From the NCBI GenBank assembly GCA_051530055.1, contig CM121343.1, positions 7,566,044 to 7,630,043 of the forward strand: 64,000 nucleotides of DNA, read 5' to 3'. The notes beneath the pieces were generated by a model. That model saw only the letters and a list, made by a program, of their open reading frames with translations, had not been told where the DNA came from and searched no databases. Of the stretch, positions 14,116 through 24,157 are shown one piece after another. The stretch comes from Neoechinorhynchus agilis (Eukaryota; Animalia; Acanthocephala). The position numbers and the translations under genes are program-made. Each line of letters begins with the position of its first letter. The stretch's first letter is position 1.

Positions 14116-15703
14116 TCTTTTATTTGGGTCTTCAACCCGTAAAGAGTTCAATAAAGACGTTCTGCGAATTTCGTTGGGTTCGTCATCAGTTTCCTATTAA
14201 AAGACGCTAACAAACTAAGATTATGAAGAGCCGACGAGGTTCGCAGAACGTCTTCACTAAATTCTTTACCGGGTGAGAATAGCTAAATAAAAGACTTTTA
14301 ATCATATTCATCGGTACCTAATCACATATCGACATTTTGAACTTTTTATTAAAAGTCTTTTATTTGGGTCTTCAACCCGTAAAGAGTTCAATAAAGACGT
14401 TCTGCGAATTTCGTTGGGTTCGTCATCGGTTTGTGAGTTATTAAAAGATGCTAACAAACTAAGATGATGAAGAGCCGACGAGGTTCGCAGAACGTCTTCA
14501 CTAAATTCTTTACCGGGTGAGAATAGATAAATAAAAGACTTTTAATCATATTCCCCGGTACCTAATCACATATCGAAATTTTGAACTTTTTATTAAGTAT
14601 TGTATTTGGGTCTTCAACCGGTAAAGAGTTCAATAAAGACGTTCTGCGAACTTCGTTGGCTCTTCATCATCAGTTTGTTTCTTAGTAAAAGACGCTAACA
14701 AACTAAGATGATGAAGAGCCAACGAGGTTCGCAGAACGTCTTCAATAAATTCTTTACCGGGTGAGAATAGATAAATAAAAGACTTTTAATCATATTCCCC
14801 GGTACCTAATCACATATCGAAAATTTTGAACTTTTTATTAAAAGTCTTTTATTTGGGTCTTCACCCGGTAAAGAATTTATTAAAGACGTTCTGCGAACTT
14901 CGTTGGGTTCGTCATCAGTTTGCTATTAAAAGATGCTAACAAACTGATGAAGAGCCAACGAAGTTCGCAGAACGTCATTAATAAATTCTTTACCGGGTGA
15001 AGACCCAAATAAGACTTTTAATAAAAAGTTCAAAATTTCGATATGTGTTAGGTCAAAAGTCTTTTATTTAGCTATTCTCACCCGGTAAATTTATTAAAGA
15101 CGTTCTGCGAACTTCGTTGGCTCTTTATCATCAGTTTGTTTCTTAGTAAAAGACGCTAACAAACTAAGATGATGAAGAACCGACGAGGTTCGCAGAACGT
15201 CTTTAATAAATTCTTTACCGGGTGAGAATAGCTAAATAAAAGACTTTTAACCTAATCACATATCGAAATTTTGAACTTTCTATTAAAAATCTTTTATTTG
15301 GGTCTTCAACCGGTAAAGAGTTTATTAAAGACGTTCTGCGAACTTCGTTGGCTCTTTATCATCAGTTTGTTTCTTAGTAAAAGACGCTAACAAACTAAGA
15401 TGATGAAGAACCGACGAGGTTCGCAGAACGTCTTTAATAAATTCTTTACCGGGTGAGAATAGCTAAATAAAAGACTTTTAACCTAATCACATATCGAAAT
15501 TTTGAACTTTCTATTAAAAATCTTTTATTTGGGTCTTCAACCGGTAAAGAGTTTATTAAAGACGTTCTGCGAACTTCGTTGGCTCTTCATCATCAGTTTG
15601 TTTCTTAGTAAAAGACGCTAACAAACTGATGAAGAGCCGACGAGGTTCGCAGAACGTCTTTAATAAACTCTTTACCGAGTGGGAATTGCTAAATAAAAGA
15701 CTT
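14113..15703. repeat. Tandem array of palindromic units of about 240 bp (array 1, about 7 units)
   Basis: Unit = arm of about 85 bp, short loop, inverted arm, and a linker carrying ATCACATATCGA. Periods of 240, 242, 247 and 231 bp. One linker (about 14996-15085) is in reverse orientation. Confidence 0.95.
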
Positions 15704-16483
15704 GTAGGTCGCAACGCGTTTTGCGAAATCTATACCACGCCAAAAGGGATGAAAAGTGTTCAACTCACAGAGGAAGTCATTGTCCGTGAAGCGTATCAAA
15801 ACTGACGCGGTTGATCACTACGAAGAAGAGGACAGCGGGATTCTACGATAAAGGAGCGAAATTTCAAGCGCCCTTACCAAACGATATTAGCGTATGGAAA
15901 CTTATGTGAACGCCGCAATTTTAATTCAATTGCTCACGAAGTTCAATCGGACTTCGTTTGGTTAAGAATGGCGGTATAAACGGCGTTAAAAAAGATTTAC
16001 GTACGGTAACGCCCAAAATAGAATAGATGGTTTAAAAAAGTCTTAGTAGTAAATTTCGAAATTCATAATTAGCAAAAAAACGCTACGTTTCATGTAATAA
16101 GCTTCAAAGTGTGTTTATGATGAGGAAAAGGTAGTTCCAAAAATAGGATTAGTCGAAGGGAATGGCGCACCCAATGCGTATCATTTAACATAGGCGACGA
16201 AATCGGATCTAGTTCGTCAGTCATCTTTGATGCGTGATGATGATCCACGTGCCTTGTGCTAAGGTTCATGAGTGACTGAAAGATATGCTGAGCAACGGCT
16301 TGGGATTGGCGTACGAATAAATGGAAGGAGAGCGCATTTTTACTAAGAGATAACGTGTTCTGTAGAAGATGTGGTTGGAAAGAAGAAACGCTTACCATAT
16401 ATAGTTTTGCCTTCCATAGATTCCACAACGTTCTGATCCGTCGAGTTTTGAATTTCACTTCTTTTTAGATTTCACAGGCAAAT

Positions 16484-17122
16484 ATGGCATTTAGATCTTC
16501 ATCAGTATATGATCAGTCACCTTTTGCGCGAGCAAGATCCGTTGAGCCCTATAGATCAACAAATCAGCGATTAAGGTCAAGGGCGCTTTCGATTGGACCT
16601 TCATTTTCATCATCGGCCAGACTATACGACTTATCCAGACCATCATCGAGAACAGTTTCAGTACAAAACCCACATAGACGCGAGCGCTCAACTCAACGGT
16701 GGACGCAAATGAGGAATGAGGACTTCTCGAAATCAGCCCGGTACTTTGATCGATACTCTGAGTTAATTCCACCGAGGGAACCGAAGTTCATCGACGGTTA
16801 TTACAAACACTTCAGGCAGTATTACTGGTACCACACAGCTCCACGCGCTGTGTCCTACTTTGCCCCATTCAGTGATTGGCGATTTACTTCACGAAGGACA
16901 TTACCAGCAACACAAAACCAGTTTGGTCTCTCAGATTATTACAATCCAAGGAACCTTCATTCAGCTCTGTCCCATGTGAAAGGTCTTCAGTTTTCTCCGA
17001 CGAACTTAAACTATTTGCGAAGCATGAGAGACTTGCGATCTAACGGTGCACTATACGGTCTTCTAAACGTCTTCGACCGACAAAGTATCCTGCGGGACAG
17101 AAGATCATTCAGCAGACCATAA
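16484..17122 (+). CDS. Arg/Ser/Tyr-rich protein with RARSVEP motif, possibly myofilin-like muscle protein
   Basis: 212-aa intronless ATG ORF with low-complexity R/S/Y composition. The RARSV.P motif recalls invertebrate thick-filament proteins; the family assignment is tentative. Confidence 0.45.
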   Translation: MAFRSSSVYDQSPFARARSVEPYRSTNQRLRSRALSIGPSFSSSARLYDLSRPSSRTVSVQNPHRRERSTQRWTQMRNEDFSKSARYFDRYSELIPPREPKFIDGYYKHFRQYYWYHTAPRAVSYFAPFSDWRFTSRRTLPATQNQFGLSDYYNPRNLHSALSHVKGLQFSPTNLNYLRSMRDLRSNGALYGLLNVFDRQSILRDRRSFSRP

Positions 17123-17359
17123 GAGATCGCATGGGTGCCGAATAGTAGCCTCAACAATGATCTCAGGCGGAAAACACAGCTACCGCCATTAACGAGACCA
17201 TGCTTGAAGAGATGCTCACTTGTAGTCAAAATATTTCCAAAAATCATCAATACAGAAAAAAAACAAGTGCGGATACCTGAAATAAAATGTTCGACGCTTT
17301 GATTCGTGGATAGATCTGCTGAATATAGTAACAATGTCACCGATTCAATATAAACACAT

Positions 17360-17623
17360 TCATATTTCGCACATTGTAGATGATTCGAGACTAAAAGCTG
17401 AAAAAAGTACTTCAAAATTCATAGCTCCCAATTCCACAAAAAAAGTGATAGTTACATAAAGATTACCATACTCACTTCTTGCACTGGGCATAAAAAAAGA
17501 ACACCAATGAACATGCTTACTTGATTTTTCTTCGTCTTTTACGTCCTTAATTTCGGCATCTTTAGAGTCCAACGATTCAACCTCCCCACCACCGAAAACC
17601 AACTTCAACCTTGCTAAAAACAT
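17360..17623 (-). CDS. Small hypothetical protein with hydrophobic C-terminal segment
   Basis: 87-aa ATG ORF with a charged N-half and hydrophobic C-half. No family recognised. Confidence 0.25.
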   Translation of the reverse strand: MFLARLKLVFGGGEVESLDSKDAEIKDVKDEEKSSKHVHWCSFFMPSARSEYGNLYVTITFFVELGAMNFEVLFSAFSLESSTMCEI

Positions 17624-18839
17624 ATCTTTTAAATAGACAATTTTACATATAATCGATTTGTATTTACGAAGAAATTTAATGCTTTGTCTTTTCCGGACAC
17701 CTTTTAAACAAATCTACCTAAAAAATTCAATTGAATAAACCAACTATGAGCATTGAACGTTCAATGAAACCCGCATCCGATTGCTCGCATTTTCACAGTT
17801 GAAAAAAAATCTTCATATCCGTTCGTAGCATTTGAGCGCCAACGGAAATCTACACTACCAAATCACGAACTGTGATTGACTGTATTTTTGTTAATAAAAA
17901 GGCAATCGGTCAAACTATCGGCTTCTTAGACGGGATTTACTTCATAAGAAAGTGATCCGGATCGTAAACTCATGGACTAAACTTTTTTTATGTCTCCTGG
18001 CAAGCCGGTTCAGTTAATTAAATGAACCTCCCTTGCTCGGCTTTTCTTAGGAACACAGCTAACCAATATTTTGGATCAGGGAAGCGCATAGAATCACTCA
18101 ATGCCCTGAACCACAAGGTCCCTCCGGATCTTCAAATGCCTCCCGAGTAGGCGGGACTTATTAGTGAGTTTCCTGCTCCCCTCAACGAGGTATTTCGTCC
18201 CTTTTTTGGTCGTGAGTCATCGACGCTAATGGATTTTGAACACTTTAATTCTGAAGAACAGATTCGGGATCAAGTCCACTTCGACACAACTACGGAGATC
18301 TTGGGTAAGTATTGAATTCTCTTTTTTTAGAAGTTACAATTCGGGAAATAACGAGTGCATTTCTTTTTTTCTATAAGTTGAAGTGTTCGCCACTACATAT
18401 AAATTCTGTAAAATATACAATAAAGACCGGGTTTGAAACTTCAATGGCAAAACGATTTCGATTGGAGGTGCGAATCGATTTTCACTTGAAATTCCTCAAC
18501 AATGACTGCACACCAGAACACCTCTGAAAAAGAAGACTTACAAATCAGTTTGAATTGTTCATGTTTTTTTTGAATGGCGAATCGATATTTCGGCAATCTT
18601 TTAGGACTATTAAATATCGGATTTAAACTTACTAATTAGCCAAAAAATTAGTTCAATGTTCACTTGTGTGTAGATTCGAATAAATTTAAGAATAATGGTT
18701 ACAATCTCGACTTTAAAATCTAAAAGTGGCTCTCGTATCACTTTAATCCGAATAAAACGTTCATCAGTGATTTTCTTCCGGAGACGCAAATGTCCAGTCG
18801 TGTGAGTCAAGTTGAGAAATTCAATTTTTTTCTTATTCA

Positions 18840-19220
18840 ATGCTCAGAACATCGCTGATCGTTTCTAGCAGCTGCGATTTTATCCGGAGTGTAGCGGATG
18901 CGTTGTTCACATGGTCGGCAAATCAGAAATTGCGAGTTTCGATTGAAGTGCTTCTTAAGAACGGCGGTGTGTTCATTCTTGCTCGCGATCGGATTGAAGA
19001 TGCATTCGAGAATGACGTAGAAATCGTCAGTGATATAAGCCAATACGTAACTTTATTGCACAAATGCGGAGATAACAATCGAGCCGGTGGAATTCGCATG
19101 GATATCGTAGTAGACGGATCTCTGATTCTAAATGAAAATGATCCGGATATGATCTTGCTACTGAAGAATGCCTTGGAACGTCTTCGTAAATATTGTGGTT
19201 CTGCCAATTTTTCCCAGTGA
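18840..19220 (+). CDS. Hypothetical protein (possibly the last exon of a small gene)
   Basis: 126-aa ORF with globular-protein-like composition. A possible upstream ATG and donor (ATGTCCAGTCGTGTGAGT) lies near 18790. Confidence 0.35.
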   Translation: MLRTSLIVSSSCDFIRSVADALFTWSANQKLRVSIEVLLKNGGVFILARDRIEDAFENDVEIVSDISQYVTLLHKCGDNNRAGGIRMDIVVDGSLILNENDPDMILLLKNALERLRKYCGSANFSQ

Positions 19221-19300
19221 AGTCTGGGGTTTTTTGAATTGCACCAGAGTACCCCAATTCCGATCACCACCATCGATTGAATAACTCTGACTTTGGGAGA

Positions 19301-20665
19301 TGTCGATATGTGAGGTACCGGAGAATGTGCAAAGGAATTATTGCTTAGAAGTCTTCAGCCGCGGTAAATGATTAGTTCCATTAAAAACGTTCTGCGAACC
19401 TCTTAAGGGGTTCATCATCAGTTAGTAAAAGACGCCAACAAACTAAGATGATGAAGAGCCGACGAGGTTCGCAAAACGTCTTCAATAAATTCTTTACCGG
19501 GTGAGAATAGCTAAATAAAAGACTTTTAACCCAATCACATATCGAAATTTTGAACTTTTTATTAAAAGTCTTTTATTTGGGTCTTCAACCCGGTAAAGAG
19601 TTCATTAAAGACGTTCTGCGAGCTTCTTTGGCTCTTCATCATCAGTTTGTTTCTTAGTAAAAGACGCTAACAAACTAAGATGATGAAGAACCGACGAGGT
19701 TCGCAGAACGTCTTTAATAAACTATTTACCGGGTGAGAATAGCTAAATAAAAGACTTTTAACCTAATCACATATCGAAATTTTGAACTTTCTGTTAAAAA
19801 TCTTTTATTTGGGTCTTCAACCGGTAAAGAGTTTATTAAAGACGTTCTGCGAACTTCGTTGGCTCTTCATCATCAGTTTGTTAGTTATTAAAAGATGCTG
19901 ACAAGCTGATGAAGAGCCAACGAAGTTCGCAGAACGTCTTTAATAAACTCTTTACCGGGTGCGAATAGCTAAATAAAAGACTTTTAACCTAATCACATAT
20001 CGAAATTTTGAACTTTTTATTAAAAGTCTTTTATTTGGGTCTTCAACCCGGTAAAGAGTTCATTAAAGACGTTCTGCGAGCTTCGTTGGCTCTTTATCAT
20101 CAGTTTGTTTCTTAGTAAAAGACGCTAACAAACTAAGATGATGAAGAACCGACGAAGTTCGCAGAACGTCTTTAATAAACTCTTTACCGGGTGCGAATAG
20201 CTAAATAAAAGACTTAATCATATTCATCGGTACCTAATCACATATCGACATTTTGAACTTTTTATTAAAAGTCTTTTATTTGGGTCTTCAGCCGGTAAAG
20301 AGTTTATTAAAGACGTTCTGCGAACTTCGTTGGCTCTTCATCATCAGTTTCCTATTAAAAGACGCTAACAAACTAAGATGGTGAAGAGCCAACGAAGTTC
20401 GCAAAACGTCTTTAATAAATTCTTTATCGGGGGTGAGAATAGCTAAATAAAAGACTTTTAACCTAATCGCATATCGACATTTTGAACTTTTTATTAAAAG
20501 TCTTTTATTTAGGTCTTCAACCGGTAAAGAGTTTATTAAAGACGTTCTGCGAGCTTCGTTGGCTCTTCATCATCAGTTTGCTATTAAAAGACGCTAACAA
20601 ACTAAGATGATGAAAAGCCGACGAAGTTCGCAGAGCGTCTTCAATAAAAACTATTATTTACCGCG
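19301..20665. repeat. Tandem array of palindromic units of about 240 bp (array 2, about 6 units)
   Basis: Same family as 14113-15703. Begins with GTCGATATGTGAGGTACC, the inverted form of the linker motif GGTACCTAATCACATATCGAC. Confidence 0.95.
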
Positions 20666-20701
20666 GTTGAAGACTTCTAAACACAATAATTTCAAATTAT
20701 T

Positions 20702-20943
20702 TTTATTCTATAAGTTGATTTTCTCTATACGGCGAGTTTTTCCCTCCTCGAGATTTGTTTGTAAACAGGCAAATTTTCGAGGCCTCAACCTCCTTATGAA
20801 GCATTGGTTGTAAGTTTTTAGAGATGTAAGTTGCAATGTTTGATAAGGAGGCTGAGGCGTCGAAAATTTGCATGTTTACAAATAAATCTCGAGGAGGGCA
20901 AAACTCGTCGTACAGAGAAAATGAACCCCTCCAAGAATAAACT
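20702..20943. mobile_element. Foldback/MITE-like element with inverted arms of about 77 bp
   Basis: TTTCTCTATACGGCGAGTTTT...CCTCCTTAT pairs with ATAAGGAGG...AAAACTCGTCGTACAGAGAAAA. Outer TTTATTCT/AGAATAAA also pair. Confidence 0.8.
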
Positions 20944-20986
20944 CGATCGAATCCAAAGTTGATAGTAATCTCTTTTTTTACGTGTC

Positions 20987-22244
20987 GTGTGCTGCTCCTC
21001 TTTGGAAACCTGCGAGAATCACAGCATTAAATGGAACTATTCAAACATTATTGTGGTCAGCGATGATGTCGGCGGAGGCAATAATCATTCCATGATCGAT
21101 TGCGGTCACATCGTATCTTGTGTTAGCGATATCACCAATTACCTGGCTCTATGGAATGGAGCAATCGGTAAGATCGACGGTGATTCGTTTGATTTTCACC
21201 CAATAACTTCTATTCAGTTTAATGAATTGAAAAATGCGAGTCCACATAACGGTGAACCTGTAGTTCTAAGAGACCAAAGTCTCTATGTTTCACCACAGTT
21301 AGAAATTGTGGATTTGATTTCAAAAGATTATTATTGTCCACTTATCTTGTTCAAGCAGGAATCTCGGTTTCAAGTCCATTTCGTAAATGACAGCAAGCGA
21401 GCAACTTTCCAAGAGATGTTAAGCAGCCACTAATGATTATTATGGCCTACATATAACCATTCGTGTGTTCATAAGCACTTGTGATTTAGTTTGTCAACTA
21501 AATGTAACCAAAACTCCACCAGCCATAATTCCGCCCGAAACTAATACTACCAACTACTTTACGTTTGAGCATTGGTTAAGCGAATCGGAGCCGGATAACT
21601 GCAAAGATCTCAGTTTACCTCAATTTCACTGGTTCGAGCCCGTATCTCAAGTAATGATCATCATATCATTACATAAGTGCGTTTTCTACTGTTTCGTCAT
21701 ACCAAGTGCATTGGAAATCGCTAATTTGCTGATGAAATTCGATTATCCAGCATACGACATTCCAATACCTACATTACGATTTGAGGATTCTAGTTTTCTT
21801 ACTCAGGTTAGAAGGCAGGATGTGAAGTTTAGGAGTTTGAAGGCCCGTGAAAATAAGCAAAGTGATTCTGAACCCGTTCAAATCTTCGATACTGTTCATG
21901 AAAACGAAGCAGTCAACATCCCCGATGATCTTAATACATCTCACAAATTGGAAAAAACAACGGAAGGCGCTCAACACGAGTCCAGTCGTACAAATAAAAG
22001 TGCTACAAGGTCCACGAATTTGAAGGTTCTAACACGACGCATGGTTGTTTCCCGGCTTAAGAAACTTGGCATGCAAGAAAATAGCGACGAGTTCATCAAA
22101 TTCACCCGAGCCCTTTGTACCGTGGCCAAGTCGCTACTTCCGAATTGCGACATTAGTAAAGAAGACGACAGAAGACGCCTTAAACAAATAATAAAAACCA
22201 ACGCAGAATTTATCATTGAATCCCAGACAAGGTTTGTGCAATAG
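20987..22244 (+). CDS. Divergent MTBP-like protein (MTBP C-terminal domain)
   Basis: C-terminus RSTNLKVLTRRMVVSRLKKLGMQENSDEFIKFTRALCTVAKSLL...LKQIIKTNAEFIIE aligns by eye with the MTBP C-terminal domain as recalled. The two ORFs are joined by a 1-nt indel near 21422. Confidence 0.5.
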
Positions 22245-22429
22245 TCGAGATGCTTTTCATGTGCTAAGCCATATAATTTACTGAATAATAAAATTTTAAC
22301 AGTTATTTTAACTGATTAGTCCAACTGTCCAGAATTGTGGCATTAATGGGGAATTCATTTCTCAAAAGTTCGCTCATGGCTCACATTGTATTTAAGGTCG
22401 AGTTTTTTAATTGACAATTGGGTGGGCGA

Positions 22430-24157
22430 TTAAAATAATAAAGAAAAATCTTTATTTTCAAGCTTTCGCCGTCTTACGACTTCTTCAGGAATCTACGAAG
22501 GCGCGTGGAGATTCAACGTGTGTTAAACAAGAGACATCGAAGGGGAATGTTCATCCCGCTTATTGAGCAGTTCTGCGGCTTTGTCTAATTGTCTGCGGAA
22601 ACGCCATCCCTTCCCCTTCTAACCGCCCGGGATATAAGTAGTGCCGGGGAGATAAATATTTACACCGGGTCCTTGACCACAACCCTTGCTCATGGTGTGG
22701 CCATGATTTAGCGTCCTGATTCAGTGCTTTCTGAACGTGTTTCTTCAAACGTTGATGCAATCGCCGTTCATTTTTCCCGATGTAGGTAACCTCGCGATTT
22801 TCATCAGCCAAACATCGTTCGCTGGTCATCTCGCAGATCACGTTGTTTCGAGTACAAATCGAACCTTGTCGGCCATTTTTGTCAATGGACTTTCCTGGGA
22901 CGTTCGTACAAACAATCACGAATCTGGACATGTTTCCGACGTTTTTATGATGTCCAGATTCTTGTCAAGATTCGACTAAGTGTAGGCACGCTTATGTTGA
23001 CAATCCGGGCATCCATTCTCGATCGTCGCAGCATCTTTCGGGCGTCACCAGTAAACGTTTCACTGATATATGGTACCTTAAGAACCGTTTCTCCTTTCTT
23101 AAATCACACCGCTGCAGGAAACGCATGATTTCCTGAATTGTATATCCATTATCAGCGAAAATTGCGTTCCCTTTATCTATCGCCAACCGTTTCTGCGTTA
23201 ATGACGATAAGTAAACCAATGCTGTCTTGTGCATCTCAACACAAGTTGCCCCTTTCATCGCCCAAGGATAATGATAATCTCGATGCATGACTATCCTTTT
23301 ACGGCACGGTTTGCGACACCAATGGAAATCATTGAGATCATTAACTTTGAAACACAAACTGAGGAATGGCAGATAATCCGATGGTTTTGTCTCGCGTCAC
23401 TTTATTCCAACCATTAGGAATTTCATCGACTTCACAATCCTCTCTGTAGGTGAACAGCACACCATCCACATAGCAAAGATAATTCTGGCTCGACCTCAAA
23501 TGTGGGAAGATACACTGCTGACGGGAACAAAGCTGTTTCCCATTGACAGTCCACGGATTTGCCTATAAAATCGGTCGTTATATCGAAAGATGTTGAACTC
23601 TAAACCCATTCTAGTGAGTCGAATCACGTCCTTCGGTAGCATTCTGAAAAGATTTAGGGCCTCTTTGTTCTCAATCAACCGCTTCTCAAGTGCTTGTGCC
23701 GCTCCCTCATTGTCGACGTTCGTATAGAGCGAGACAAAATCAAAAGACATAACCTGGCTACCATTTAAGTCATCACGTCGCGCATTTAAAGAATTAAGTA
23801 ACCCCTCAACCTTCCGCATATATGAACTCGTTCTCTAAAGCAGTGGGCTAATCGCCTTCGCCAAGAAGCGAGATAATCGGTACGCAGGTCCATTGACTAC
23901 CGAAATAATCGCTTTGCATTTAAGCAAAGACGCTGTAGTTAATGTTACCGGACCGACCGTAATCTTTTGCGATTTGACCATTGGATACATCACGGGCACC
24001 CGTAACGGTCCATGCATGAAGCTACTCATTCCTTTCAAGTCTCTTGTGGTTATAACTACACGAAAGTTGCGGTTCAAATTCTTGCGCTTCAATTCGCAAT
24101 CGTGGCAAGATCTCGCAGTGCGCTTATCGATCGGGATAAGGCCACTGCCCCTCGCCA
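22430..24157 (-). mobile_element. Decayed Penelope-like retroelement (reverse transcriptase + GIY-YIG endonuclease)
   Basis: IISVVNGPAYRLSRFLAKAISPL, MSFDFVSLYTNV, FYRQIRGLSMGNS, YVDG (decayed YVDD), FADNGY and the GIY-YIG motif TYIGKNERRLHQRLKKH. Several frameshifts. The 3' end carries a hammerhead-like motif and AATAAA. Confidence 0.9.
22457..22491 (-). ncRNA. Minimal hammerhead ribozyme motif at the Penelope-like 3' end
   Basis: Minus strand reads TTC CTGAAGA A GTCGT AAG ACGGC GAAA GC TT GAA AATAAA: core CUGANGA/GAAA, 5-bp stem II, palindromic AGCU stem III, 3-bp stem I. Confidence 0.6.

Noticed and set aside
6435-21465. Programmed frameshifting, split genes or pseudogenisation in TRAM1, METTL13 and the MTBP-like gene
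   Set aside because: Each break is repaired by one base in a homopolymer or dinucleotide run, and similar indels are scattered in satellite copies. Long-read error is the simpler explanation.
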